Below are positions 1-13,700 of a stretch of DNA of 64,000 nt, piece after piece. This DNA comes from Chiloscyllium plagiosum (Eukaryota). The position numbers and the translations under genes were made by a program. The notes beneath the pieces were generated by a model, which worked only from the letters and a program-made list of their open reading frames with translations, was not told the DNA's origin and searched no databases. The DNA lies in the NCBI RefSeq assembly GCF_004010195.1, contig NC_057749.1, positions 19,677,946 to 19,741,945 on the forward strand. The letters run 5' to 3'. How positions within the stretch are numbered: position 1 is the stretch's first letter; the number at the start of each line of letters is the position of its first letter.

Positions 1-176
1 CCCTCCTCTAGCTTATCTCTCCACGCTTCAGGCTCTCTGCCTTTATTCCTGATGAAGGGCTTTTGCCCGAAACGTCGATTTTGCCTGTCCTCGGATGCTG
101 CCTGAACTGCTGTGCTCTTCCAGCACCACTGATCCAGAATCTGGTTTCCAGCATCTGCAGTCATTGTTTTTACCTC
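1..176 (+). mobile_element. 3' end (pseudo-LTR) of a Penelope-like element, cut by the window edge
   Basis: Near-identical to 59695-59793 and to the reverse complement of about 58895-59035, both belonging to a GIY-YIG-encoding PLE fragment; ends in a ...ccagcatctgcagtc... tail. Confidence 0.8.
45..80 (+). ncRNA. Minimal type I hammerhead ribozyme motif (PLE type)
   Basis: CTGATGA (49-55), A, GGGC-TTTT-GCCC stem II (57-68), GAAA (69-72), CG, TC (75-76); palindromic ACGT mini-helix III; helix I is weak. Confidence 0.7.
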
Positions 177-820
177 CTTTGAAGTGGCCCATTGTGAAGT
201 AAATTTCAGGACAATCAGGAAAATCATGTGTTTCAAGACCTTCTTGCTGTTCAAATGCCAGCCACTTGCACATCACCAAACTTCATGGGCTGTGTCATTG
301 GGCAGCATCTCAAATCTGGAATTTCCTCCCTAAACACCTCAGACTCTTCACACATCTCTCTTAAGATGCTCGTTCTAATCCTAACTAGGGGAGGTCTAAA
401 GGGATAGCAGGTGGCCATTTCCCATTGTTGGAGCAGAAGCTCTGCGTACAAATCCAATTCCATAGAAGTCCTGTCTTAATGCAACCAACGAGGTTGACCA
501 TTAACCTCTAAATCTTTCTGAAAAAGCAGGCAGTAAGACAGAGTTATTGATCAGCCAGAACTGTATCAAATCTGCAGTGCAACAGCTTGCCTATGCTAAA
601 AGACTCCATGCACATGTTCTCGCCATGTGTAAATTACATCCTTGTTCTGAGAGATTAGATACACACACACTTTCACTAAGCCTGCTTATACTGGAGAAGG
701 TTCAGATTTATTTTTTAATGTGCTCTCCACTTTAAAACATCTTCAACACAGCAGACAGACTGATGGGTTGTCCATCATTTACAATTACGAGAACTCTGGC
801 CGTGTTGTTTGGATTCATTC

Positions 821-1020
821 ATGATGTGGAGGTGCTGGTGTTGGACTGGGGTGGACAAAGTCAGAAGTTACACAACACCAGGTTATAGTCTAACAGGTTT
901 ATTTAAAATCATAAGCTATTGAAGCTAGCTGACCAGGCCTTCACCTGACAAAAGTGCAGTACTTTAAAAGCTTGTGATTTCAAATAAACCTGTTAGACTC
1001 CAACCTGATGTCTGTGACTT
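821..1020 (-). mobile_element. Degenerate fold-back PLE-derived element, family 2
   Basis: Arms at about 867-917 and 969-1020 are imperfect reverse complements; homologous to 28065-28256. Confidence 0.7.
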
Positions 1021-4000
1021 GACTAGATTTATCTAATCAGGAAAATCATGGTACAGCTGCCTTTTAAGGGAGGATCTTGTCTCTGGAACACACACAATAT
1101 AACACCGTGCACTGATAATATGGGGCAAGGTGGTAATTATACTTGACTCAATTCCCTTTCCACTCCCTGGCAAAAATCCTGTCCCAGACATTGTAGATTT
1201 GGGTAAAGTGGTTTGTTGAATTTCAGGAAACAGGTACAGAAAGGAGTTGGGGCAGATCCACGTGCAAAGCGTCTGATTGAAATAATTTCTCCTTCAGTTT
1301 AAATTGTTGTGATTTTCCAAAATTTGGTATTCTTGCATGTGTCCTGATGAAGTCAGACCAAAAGCATCAGCAATATGTTCAAAATATTAGACGCAGTTGA
1401 CATTATGTGGCGTTTTACACAGATTCCTGGTATCAGGAGCAGTCCAGTGCTCAGTTATTGATCCATTTGGAAAGCTTTCCAAGGGACACAGTTTAGGAAG
1501 AGAAATGTGCAGCAGATGTTTAAAGCTCTGACCTAACTGTAGACTGATATAGTTTAGGGTTGTCCAATCTTTTCAGTTGGAGGGAAACACATTTCAACTT
1601 TTTGTCACTTTTGTAGCCAATAGGTAAATTTCAGTAAGATAAGCTTTGCCACAACAGTAAACGTGAATTTCAGATAAACAAAAAAAAATCCAAAGCAATT
1701 TATCAAGTAATAAAATCAACTAGCAGAGTTAACTGAGAAATCTTATTTTTGTCTATTTGTTTACGTGGCTGGGGTACAGAGAGAAAAAGACAAGGCTCCA
1801 AGTCCTGATGACTAGCAAGTGGGTGGGGACCAAGACCAAGTGAAGGAGTTAGGTTTGACTAACATTGATGTTTTTTTTCAAAAACTGGTATGGCATACTC
1901 TGAGCTGGCCTCAGAAGAATTCACAAGGTAGCAGTTGGAAGCAGGTTTCTCACCAATCCAGATTTTCCACCCCACTCAGCCTGCTGAGGCTAGGCGAGAG
2001 GTAAAGGAGTGGATCTGTATCTGGCTCGGTCCCACTCACTCTGCCATGCAGCCTCCTCCCGCCCTGCCTTATCAGTTACTCACTCATCTACCCACCAATC
2101 CCCATCACTCACTCAACCTCTACCAAATAAAAAAGCCCACCTGACTCCCAACCAGCCTTTCTTTCAATCCCTATCCTGCCATCTGGAGTCTAACTGTTGT
2201 GTATACCTCTTACCCAAGTCAGGGTCTCCCTGACAGCTTCCAATTCCTGTTTCACAGATTAGCTATCATGGCTTCAGGTCTCAGGATGAATTAAATTACT
2301 CACATTGTGCTATTCATTGCTCTTTCAAACATACTATTTTCAGTAATCATGGGAGAGATATAGACTCTGAATGGAGTAGTAGCTCCTTGCAAATTCTTCC
2401 AGTTACACTTACATGTATTCTGAACAATGGTTTCACATAATTCCTCAGAGGCTGTGGGCTACCTGTTGGACGAGTCTGACATGGTGAAAGGGAGGCCATT
2501 AAGCCATTGCACCTGCTCTTTGAATTAATCCTCACCTTAACTGCTATCTTCCTTCTCTTTCCCATGACCCTGCATATGTTTCCCTTGCAAACATTTCAGT
2601 GGGTATCCAATCACAAACAGTGTGTAATTAAGAATGGATAATGACCATCCTTAAGACCAGCCTGTACCTTTTTCCCATTTGCTGTCTCTTACGTTTACGT
2701 GTCTACAGCCCTTTAAATTTGCTTTGGCCTGCTTTCCCAAGATTTTCTTCCTTGCTTTATTTTCTCTGTGGAGCTCCTTAAACTTGGTCTGATTATGGAC
2801 CCAGATATCATCTACACTAAGTACCTGAAGCTCAGCCTCCAAAATCAGAACAACACATAGACAGTTGGGTCATAACATATCATCCCACCAGAGGCCCAAT
2901 TGCAAAAGCTAAGACTTTCTTTATTTCAATGACTCCTTTAGCAGAAAGTTTATCCATTGTGCACATTGCACAAATTGCAGTTGCTCTTTCTATCTTTCTC
3001 ACAGTCATGATATGTTTGACACTTAGTATGTGAATGTCATGAATCACTGTGGTAAGTTGTAAGGGATTGTTCTGGGAGTCTACTAAACAGCAAATGAGGG
3101 CCATTAGTACCAGAGATACCACAGTAATGTCATTGAATGCTATTTTTATTTTATTTTTCAGTCAATTATTCTGCCCTGTATTGGCTACATTCCATTCCTC
3201 AGTTAATCAACTAAAGCCCATTTGTCATTAATATTATACTGTTCACCCATAGATTTACAGATATTCTATTAGCTCACTAATCAATCACACACTTTGCCCT
3301 ATCCAACCCCCACCTTCCTGCATGCATTGTGACCCATCCAACCTCTCTCACTCTCACACATAGAATGGAGAGTGGGAGTTGGAGACCAGTTACAGAGATG
3401 CTCAGCACCCGGAATGGGCTGTTGACGCATGATAGGTTTCCAGTCTGGAGTCATGTTTCCGGTGTTCTACGATACTGGGGCACTGGGAAATCCAGATGTT
3501 GCACTGGAATGTGAACAGTTCCCACCCTCACCTTTCCCATTCTGTGTCACCACATTAACCTTAGTTAACACATGATCTGAGAGTGGGGACTGAAGTAACC
3601 ATTCAGATTTAATATCATCCAGTAGGAATTTCCAAACCAAAGTGAAAATTATTGGGGGTGAACCTCAAATGCTGTATGGGGAAAGGCAGGGCTAGACTTT
3701 AGCTGCTGATTGAGGGTTGAATGAAATTAAGCATAGTGGGAATTATTTAAACTACAGAGTTTACAGGTTTTTTTTGCAGCAGTGATCATGCCTCAAACAC
3801 CTGTCTTGAATGATATTTATTTTCCACTCAGAGAGGTAGAAAAAGTGATCTTACTTGCTGGCAGGCTTTTTGGAAGTCTAAGTCCTAACTTTGTCCTGTC
3901 TCTCCTCTCAGTTCTGTGACAAACTGTACTTAAATCAATTTCACAGGCTATGCTGGAAAATTGCTTTTATTCCCCTAAAGATACTTGGTATTAGTGTATC

Positions 4001-4729
4001 TCATAAAAGTATCAAATGCACCTTTTAAAAATAATTACAAGCAGAATCCTGCTGGGTTCTAAATTACGTGGGCTATGACGATATTTGTGGCAGAATCAGA
4101 CAAGAAGTCTGACAAGGTCCATCTCTAAATAGGGAGCATCTTTTAATGTGTTTGCCAAGCCTGTGACAAGTTTCTTGTTAGGCAGTGGCAAGTTGCCAAT
4201 TAAAGGAGATTGTAGCTTGTTAAATGCCTTGTTGATGCCCAACTCACCTCATTAATGTTCATCTTTCTGCCAAACCAAATGTTCCAAACAAGCGAGATGT
4301 CAAGAAAACTTAACACAGTAATCAGAAGGGATACCTAGTGAATTCAGCATGTTGCCTGCCCCAAAGGATTCCAGACATTTCAGAGCATGGTCCATGGACA
4401 CTTGCTACACACATCCCACTGACATTAGCATCCAATATGTCCAATCTCTAAGAACCCTCATGGCACATCTCTGAAACTATCATTGTAAGCTGGGACAAGG
4501 ACCCTGCATTCAGGGACATGCATCAGCTCACTGACTGGACCAGGCTGCATAGTGTCATAGCACTTACTCACTCTGAGCCTACCAAGATGCTACAGCATCC
4601 CTTTCTTGCATTGCCTCACCATGTCTTTATGCACTTTTCTCACTCAGCAAGAGATACTATGCTCATATTACTTCTGTTTGCCTTGCCATTTAGCACTGAC
4701 ACAAAACCAGGAGGTTTGTTATGAATGTC

Positions 4730-5560
4730 AGTCAAGACCTTGATCAAATGGGCTAATGCGCTGAGGAGTGCCACATGGAATTTAATTTACATAAATGTGA
4801 GATGCTGCATTTTGGAATGGCAAATCAGGGCAGGAATTGTACACTTAATGGTAAGGTCCTGGGGAGTGTTGCTGAACAAAGAGACCTTGGACTGCATGTT
4901 GATAGTTCCTTGAAAGTGGTGTCCCAGACTGACAGGATAGTGAAGATGATGTTTGGTATGCATACCTTTATTGGTCAGTACATTGAGTATAGGAGTTGGG
5001 AGGTCATTTGTTGGCTATACAGGATTTTGGTTAAGCCACTTTTAGAATACTACGTTCAATTCTGGTCTCCCTGCTGTAGGAAGGATGTTGTGAAACTTGA
5101 AAAGGTTCAGAAAAGATTTACAAGGATATTGCCAGGGTTGGAGGGTTTGAAATATATGGAGAGGCTGAATAGGATGGGACTATTTTCCCTGGAGCATGGG
5201 AGGCTGAGGGGTGACCTTATAGAGGTTTATAAAATCATGATGGGCATGGATAGGGTGAATAACCAAGGTCTTTTCCTTGGAGTGTGGGAGTCCAAATGAG
5301 ACGGTATAGGTTTAAGGTAAGAGGAGAAAGATTTTAAAAACAACTTTTTCATGCAAGGGTGATGTGTGTATGGAATGAGCTGCCAGAGGAAGTGATGGAG
5401 ACTGGTATAATTACAACATTTAAAAGGCATACAAATAGGAAGGGTTTAGAGGGGTATGGGCCAAATTCTGACAAATGGAACTAGATTAATTTAGGAGATC
5501 TGGTTGGTATGGACGAGTTGGATCAAAGAGTCTGTTTCCATGCTGTCCATCTCTATGATC
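4730..5560 (+). mobile_element. CR1/HER1-type LINE, 5'-truncated
   Basis: ORF 4775..5299 (FNLHKCEMLHFG...LVKPLLEYYVQFWSP...[13 protein letters not shown]) is a CR1 ORF2 C-terminus; 3' tail tgtttccatgctgt..ctctatga. Confidence 0.9.
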
Positions 5561-6119
5561 CTAAGTCAAGGGAATAACCTTTGCTCATGGCTCCTAACAC
5601 ACTAAGTCAAGGGTTCAAGGGCAGCCTATGATACTGTCCAGAGGCTTTGAAATGGTCAGTTGGTATTCAGGGTGGTCAGAGTCAGAATGCTGTCCACATA
5701 AGGGGTGTGGATCTGATTGTCGAGCTGCCAACCACCTGTCTTGAGTCTTTTGGCTGTATTGGGTACTGTTTCTCTACTGGAATGAGAGAGAGGCAATAAG
5801 AAAGGAGATGAAAGTGGGTGGCACAACTATTACATTTGGTGCAGGTGCAGAGGTGTCCAGAGTCAATAATCAGACAACATAGATGGCATGCAGGGTTATT
5901 GGTTTCAGGTGTGTAACAGAGAGTGAGGAAAGATGTTGCAGGCATTTGTGAGAGTGGTGGAGCATGAGGGCTTGATGGGAATAGCCTGTGTTAAGATAGT
6001 GAGGCACACCATGGGGTGGGAAAGTAGTCAACAGGCTAGGTTTGGTAACGTATGACAAAAAAAACTCAGTGACCACAGTGTTTTCCTTTGAGTTGTTAAA
6101 AACAACCTAATAATCCAAA

Positions 6120-6240
6120 CTTACATTTTCCAGTGAATATTCCAATAAAATATACGCATTTCTTACATTTTCCAGTTAACATTCAAATAAAATATATCCA
6201 GTTCTTACAATTTTGAGTTAATATTCAAATAAAATACACA
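6120..6240. repeat. AT-rich minisatellite, about 42-bp unit x3
   Basis: ttacattttccagtgaatattccaataaaata / ttacattttccagttaacattcaaataaaata / ttacaattttgagttaatattcaaataaaata. Confidence 0.8.
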
Positions 6241-6429
6241 CAATACTTAATACTTATAATTTCTCTGAGGATACTTCTGGGGAAGGTTGATGCTTCAGCA
6301 AATCCCAGGAGATTGTGAACTGGCAGATATAAAAATTTGGTCCATTTTCTAGTTATATTTCGGTGACCAGTTCTGTATAAACACTAAATGAGGGCTTCTT
6401 CTTACTGTTTGAAGTTTATACCATTTTGT

Positions 6430-6905
6430 TTTATAAGACTGAGAGGAAGAACTTCTTCACTCAGAGGACAGTGAATCTTTGGTAATGTCTATCTCAGAGA
6501 CCTCTGGAGACTCAGTCATCCAATATATTCAAGGCAGAGTTTGATGGATTTCAAGATATAAAGACATCAGGGATGATGGAAGAGAGTCTTCCTCACATGA
6601 TAACCCATCTCAATGTGTCCAGTTTATCCTGAGGACAGAGGATGATGAGGAGCGAATGCCACAAGATCATTGAGGGGTGGGAGATATCGGATAGATGTCA
6701 GAGGTAGGTTCTTTACTCAGAGAGTAGCAAGAGCATGGAATGCCCTGCCTGGAACAGCAGTAGACTCTCTAACCTTAAGGGCATCTAAATGATAAACATA
6801 TGGATGATAATGGAATAGTGTAGGTTAGATGGGTTTCAGATTGGTTTCACAGGTCAGTGCAATATCGAGGGCCAAAGGGCTTGTACTGCGCTGTTATGTT
6901 CTATA
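6430..6905 (+). mobile_element. Two CR1 3' fragments
   Basis: gaggaagaacttcttcactcagagg and ttctttactcagagagtag..atggaatgccctgcc motifs of the CR1 ORF2 end, plus 3' tails. Confidence 0.65.
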
Positions 6906-7304
6906 TCCTTGATGGAGAAGATTGTGAGTGGCAAGAAACCTTAACTTTCTTAGCATCTACCTGTTCATATTTGAGTACTCATAATAGCGAGGGTGTTGGT
7001 GGAGGTGAGATGATGCAGTAGAGTGGTGACTTTCATTCCAGCAGCAGCAACACTGTGAAGGGCACTTGTATTCGGCCACAAGGCTCACGTCTCATGGCAG
7101 AGAACTTAACAAGAAGGACTGTAAATCGAACACTTTTCCTTACTTCTGTATTTTTCTGCCTTTATATTCTATATTTTGGATTATTTTTCTGTTTTAAGAT
7201 GGCACCAGAGAGTGATGACACTATACAACACTTTCCACTGTATTTTGTTCCAAAATACATGTGACAATAAATAAATCAAAGTAAGAAACTTCTTCCTTAC
7301 ACAA

Positions 7305-7349
7305 GCCTAAACCCTAATCCTTTGCCTAAACCCTAATCCTTTGCCTAAA
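7305..7349. repeat. 19-bp tandem duplication (gcctaaaccctaatccttt x2.4)
   Basis: Directly visible in the sequence. Confidence 0.85.
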
Positions 7350-7635
7350 GCATAAATTTGTATCCCTCTAGTTCTTGGACAATCAGCTATGCGAACAGCT
7401 TTTCTATGCTTTTCTCTCAAATAGGATGCCATTCTTTCAAATAAAGAAGAGGGATGAGACAAAGAGGTAACTAACAATAAATAATGACAATTGTTGTTAG
7501 TTTTGGCAGAGTACTTCCTTGGAAAAGGCTGATCAAGATTTTAAGAAATGGTTAATAAGGCATGTGCAAGGAAGAACTGCTCATTTAAAATCCTGACTGG
7601 TCAGCAGAAACAAATACAGTTTTTATTATTCCCAG

Positions 7636-7711
7636 GCATGACGACCTGAAGGAGATGTTGGACAGTAATAAGGATTCCCTGAAGCTGGAAGCAATGAAGA
7701 GAATTGTAGCG
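7636..7711 (+). CDS. AP3B2: AP3B2 coding exon (equiv. exon 2): (R)[25 protein letters not shown]
   Basis: ttcccag|G acceptor, GCG|gtaagt donor, 76 nt; translation matches beta-3 adaptin. Confidence 0.95.
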
Positions 7712-10700
7712 GTAAGTCTAACAGAAGCAGCATTGCGTTTGCCTTTTACCACCTACTATTAGTCACCTATTTCTCTTCCAATCCCACTGAATCTAACTTC
7801 TGCACTATCTCACCTTTCCCTCTGGTCTTAGGCCTTTCTTTCCTTCTTCCTGGCAGTCCCATCTCCATTACTCACTCACATTCCCTGTCTGTCCCATAAC
7901 AGAAAATCATTCAAAAGCAAGGTATTACGGTAAACCTCTTGTCTAATAGACTGGAGCATTGTGTCTAATTATTGCCACCCCACTTCAGGAAAGATGTGAA
8001 GGCATTAGAGAAACTGCAGAAGAAATTCTTGAAAATAATTTCATAGACGAGGAGCTTCAATTATGAAAATAGATGGATTAAGGTTAGATTTATTGGAACA
8101 TTGATCGTGATGCCCAACTAAAGTCCAACATATTCCTATCTGTTTTCCATTATCAAGTATATTCAACCTTGTGTAGTAATTTGGTTTCTTTTGGTGAAGG
8201 ACAAAGTCCCATGATTGGGGAAACCGTCAGTATGATACTTTTATTCAAAATGGGACAGAAATAAAAACAGGGAACTGTAGGCCAGTTACCTTAACATCTG
8301 TCATTGGGAAAATATTAGAGCCTATTATAAAGAATATGATAGAGAATTTAGAGATACATAGCATAATCAACATGGCTTAATGAAGAGCAAGTAAAGCTTG
8401 TCAAATTTATTAGAATTGTTTGAGGAGGTTACAAGCAAGATACATAAAGGGTGATTATTATGTTCAATAGATAGATGGAGATAGTAGATGTATTATACTT
8501 GGATTACCCAAAGGTATTTGAGAAATCCTGCATATAAAGTAACTTAATAAATTAAGAGCCCATGGTGTTGAAAGCAGTGTATTAGCATGGATAAAAGATT
8601 GGCTAACTAATAGGAGATAGAGAATTGGGTTAAAAGGGCATTTTACAAAATGGCAACCTGTAACTAGAACAGTGTCATAGGGGATCAGTACTGGGCCACA
8701 ATTATTTACAATAAATATTAATGACTTGGATAAAGGAATTGAATGTACTATTGCTAGTTTTGTAGATGACACAGAAATAGATGGAAAAGCTAGGAATGAG
8801 TCCATCGAATGATATAGACAGGTCCAGTGAGTAGGCAAGAACATGGTAGATAGAACATAATGTGAGAAAATGTGAGGCTCTGCACTTGGCAGGAAGAATA
8901 GAAGATTAATGTTATTTATATGGGGAGAGCGTGTAGAAACTATAGCAGGAAGGATTTTGGAGTTCATGTGCATGAATCATGCAAACTTCATATCTTAAGT
9001 TCAGCAGGTAATAGGGAAAGCAAGTTGAATCTTGACATTTATTTCAAAGGGAATAGTTGAAAAAATATAGGTCTTGTTAGAACTACACATGACATTAATT
9101 AGGCTACACCTGGAATACTGTCAACCATTTTGGTCCTTTATCTAAGGAAAGTTATACTGGCACAGGAGGCAGTCCAGAGAAGATTCACCAGGTTTGTTCT
9201 TCTGAGAATGCATGGATTTTGTTATGAGAAGAAGTCGAGTTGATTAGCTTGTACTCATTGGAGTTTAGAAGAACAAGCAGAGAATTTATTGAAACATAAT
9301 CTAAGAGGGATTAACAGGATAGACTTGGAGAGATTGTTCCCCCTGGTGGGAAGTTCTAGAACCAAAGAGCATAACATCCGAGTAAGGAGTTGCCTATTTA
9401 AGACAGATGAGAGGATCTTTTTCTCTCAGAGGGTAGTCAATCTGTGGAATTCTATCGCGGAACATTGATGAGACTGACTCATTCGGTATATTCAAAGCTG
9501 AGATAGTCAGATCTTTAATCAGTAGGGAATCAAGTATGGGTAAAAGGCAGGACAATGGATTGAGAATGATTAGATCAGCTGGTGTCTGATTGAATGACAG
9601 GGCCAAATGACCTATTTCTGCTCCTCCATCTTATAGATGTGGTTTGCTGTGCTCATGCACTCACAGAAATGTCCACGTATGGAATTGTTTCCTGCAGGTT
9701 TTTCTAACTTCATCCTTTTGAATTAGAACTTAGAACAGTACAGCACAGTACAGACTCTTCGGCCCTCAATGTTGTGCCAACTATTTATCTTACTCTATGA
9801 TCAGACTAATTACATTGTACTAATCTTCCAAGTGCCTAACCAAGATTGCTTAAAATGTCTCTAATATATCTGACTCTACTGCCACCGCTGGCAGTGCATT
9901 CCACGCACCCACCACTCTCTGTATAAAGAACCTACCTCTGACATCTCCCCTAATCCTTCCTCCAATCATCTTTAAAATTATGTCCCCTTGTGATAGCCAT
10001 TTCTACCCTGGGAAAAAGTCTCTGACCATTCACTCTATCTATGCCTCTCATCATCTTGTACACCTCTATCAAGTCACCTCTCACCCTTCTTTGCTCCAAT
10101 GAACAAAACCCTAGCTCCCTCAACTTTTCTTCATAAGACATGCCCTCCAGTCCTGGCAGCATCCTGATAAACCTCCTCTGCAACCTCTCTAAAGCTTCCA
10201 CATCTTTCCTATAATGAGGTGACCAGAACTGAACACAATATTCCAAGTGTGGTCTAACCAGGATTTTATAGAGCTGCAGCATAACCTTGCGTCTCTTAAA
10301 CTCAGTCCCCCTGCTAACGAAAGCCAACATACCATACACCTTCTTACAACCCTATCAACTTGGGTCCTCAGAAACATAAAGGTCTCTATCATAAGTGTGG
10401 AATACCTTAGGATTTTCCTTAATCCTAACTGCCAAGGCTTTTTAATGCTCCCTTCTAGCTCTCCTTAGTCCATTCTTCAGTTCCTTCCTGGCTACCTTGT
10501 AACTCTCTAAAGCCCTATCTGATCCTTGCCTCCTCAACCTTAAGTAAGGTTCCTTCTTCCCCTTGACCAGATATTCCATATCCTTTGTCATCCAAGGCTC
10601 CTTCACACTACCCCTGATTAGTAATGCCACCATTCCACCTCTTTTGCCTCCTACCCCCATTCTTTATGAAACATCTAAACTCTGGAACATCCAATAACCA

Positions 10701-13700
10701 TTCCTGCCCCTGTGATATCCAAGTTTCCGTAATGGCCACAACATCGTAGCTCCAAGTACTGATCCATGCTCTAAGTTCGTCACCCTTATTCCCGATACGT
10801 CTTGCATAGCCACACTTCAACCCATCACACAGACTGCATCTTTGCCCTACCAAGTGTCTATCCCTCCTCACAGACTGTCTGCATGCTGTACCTGGCTGTT
10901 CACTACCTACTCTATCATCTGATCTGTAGCTCAGGTTCCTACCCCTGTGCCAATCTAGTTTAAACCCTCCTGAAGTTCTCTAGCAAACCTCCCGCCATGG
11001 ATGTCATTTCAGGTCAGTTCAGTTTAGGTACAACCTCCAGTTCAGGTACCAACTGACCTTCTTGTACAGATCCCATTTTCCCCAGAAGGTATCCCAATGA
11101 TCCATACATCTGAAGCCCTCCCTCCTACACTAGCCCTGCAGCCACTCGCTGTCTATTCCTAGCCTCACTAGCCCGTGGCACCGGTAGAAATCCTGACATT
11201 ACTATGCTCATCCTGCCTTCTAGCTTCCAACCTAATTCCATGTATTTTCTTTTCAGGTCCTTCTCCCTTTCCCTAGCTATGTCATTGGTACCGATGTGTG
11301 CTACAACCTCTGGATGCTCTTCCTCCCCCTTAAGAATCCTGTAGACTCAATCCAAGACATCCTTGACCCAGGCACCTGGGAGGCAACATACCATCCAGGA
11401 GTCCCACACACAACCACAGGATCTCCTGTCTGACCCTGTCATAATTGAATCTCCTATCACAATCACTCTCCTATTCTTGCCCCCTTCCCTTCTGAGCCAC
11501 AGAGCTAGGCTCAGTGCCAGAAACCTAGCCACTTTCTCCTGGTAGATCCGTTCCCCACAACAGTATCCGAAACAGTATACTTATTATTGAGGGGAACAGT
11601 CACAGGGGGTCCCTGTACTGTCTGCCTATTCTCTTTCTTTCTCCTGATGGTCACCCAGCTAGCTTTATCCTGTAACTTATGTACTACTACCCCTATAACT
11701 CCTCTCTATCACCCCCTCAGCCTCCTGAATGATCTGAAGTTCATCTTGCTCCAGCTTCAGCTCCAGAATTGAACATTGAATCCAGGTGCTTGATTTCACC
11801 CAGGTGGAAGAATCAGAATAATTAGAGGCAGGAAGACAATACCTTGGAGTCCAGAGACCCATCTGAGGAGATACCCATCAATGCAGGAATTAATTTCTCC
11901 TGTCACCAATTGAAAGCCTAAAGTGGGAGTCAATTGACCTCCTCACACCAAAGTCATGATTGTATCTGTTCCTGGCAGGCAAGAAAAGAGCCTTCCCAGC
12001 TGTTAAAATGGAGCAAACTGCCTGGCTGGTTATGTGTGGTTTGGCCTTGATCTTCCCTAATTTGGATATAATCAGAGGCACAGATATGGGCAGCACTTTG
12101 GCCTTTGTTGACCATCTGACTGCCTTTCTTCTTCTTACCTCTTCCCTGACAGCACTCCTTCTTTGAGCCCTACCTCAAAAAGGTACATGGTTCTGTTCTT
12201 TTGCATCTTGGTTGCTGTTCTGACAACAGCCATGTCTCCTGACCCAGTGGCGACTGCCTGTTGACTCCCAGGATATTTAGGTGGGACTCAATTTTCATGT
12301 CCTGTGTATTGATACACAGCTGAAAGCCCACTAGGCAACTACTTAAGTACTTGATAGACAGAAGGTATGGTGATCTTTCTTTTTGTGCTGCTGAGGAGGG
12401 TGGTATGTCATTTATCTTTACAGTCACCACCACACTTAAATAAAATGTCAGATTCCACCCATAGAAACAGGTAGATGGGATGGCTGAAAGCTTACTCTCA
12501 AAAGATGGATTTCCCCATGAAAATGAAGTTTACTGTAGCACAGTTGATCACATTCTTACCTCAATTGTAAAGCTCCAGACTTAACTCCAGCTTCAGAGAC
12601 TTCAACATATAATCTAGACTGATAGTTTCAGTGTACTGAGAAAGTGTACTGTTAGAGGTGCTACCTTCCAGATGAGATGTTAAACTGAGATTCTGTCTGC
12701 TTTCTCATCTGAATTTTAAAAAGTCATACTACAGATCCACATCCACAACAACGTGGATTATTCTTAGCTGCCTCTGAAATGGCTGAGCAAGTCACTCGGT
12801 TTAAGGACAATTAGGGATGGGCTACAAATGCTAGCCTTGCCAGCGACACTATGTTCCATGAAAGATTGAAAAACGTCTTACAGTAATTATTGAGAGATTT
12901 GAAGATGGGATTATAGTCACTTCCATAATACTCATCTAAAAAAATGATGTTAGTACAGTATTGGAGACCACAAACACTATTTGCACTTACTTGCATTTTC
13001 TCTGGGCATTGTGCAGGTTTATCAACTTGCGCCATGCCTATTACCACTTATATTCTCTCAGGAGGTCTACTGGAATGTACTAATTTCCCATATTTTCCTA
13101 ACATGTCATTTCAGTGTGACAAGTTTACATGGAAAGCTTATTATAAATAGAAGTTTCTGATGAAAAATGTTAACAGAGATTCCTGTGGATGCATCATTAT
13201 TGATATAAATTAATTGATAGTTCCTCTGTTCAGGAACTCCCTCAGCACAGGGTACAGCACGGTGGCACAGCGGTTAGTACTGCTGCCTTACAGCGCCAGA
13301 GACTTGGGTTCAATTCCTGCCTCGGGCAACAGTCTGTATGGAGTTTTCACATTCTCCCTGTGTCTGTGTGGGTTTCTTCCAGGTGCTCTGGTTTTCTCCC
13401 ACAGTCGAAAGATGTGCAGATTAGGTGAATTGGCCATGCTAAATTGCCTGTAGTGTTAGGTGAAGGGGTAAATTTAGGAGAATGGGTCTGGGTGGGTTGC
13501 TCTTCAGAGGGTCAGTGTGGATTTTTTTGGGCCGAAGGGCCTGTTTCCACACTGTAAGTAATCAGTCATTGCCACTTTCATTGTCTGAACAGTTGGTTAA
13601 AACTTGACTCTTAAGTGGTCTTGCATAATACTTGCTTAAGTATTTTGCTCCCCCATTGACCCTTCCTTTAGTAGTTCTTTTTTCTTTCATGGAATGTGGC

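Noticed and set aside
1555..1620. hAT-like terminal sequence agggttgtccaa
   Set aside because: No matching opposite terminus or 8-bp TSD was found.
5565..5620. Possible Harbinger transposase remnant (xWLLT-like)
   Set aside because: Too short and degenerate to support.
7305..7349. Telomere-like ccctaa repeats
   Set aside because: Only two isolated ccctaa hexamers within a 19-bp tandem duplication; not a telomeric array.
1..7635. AP3B2 exon 1 or promoter
   Set aside because: No CpG island and no segment encoding the expected N-terminus (...IFSSDYK/R) with a donor was found; it probably lies upstream of the window.
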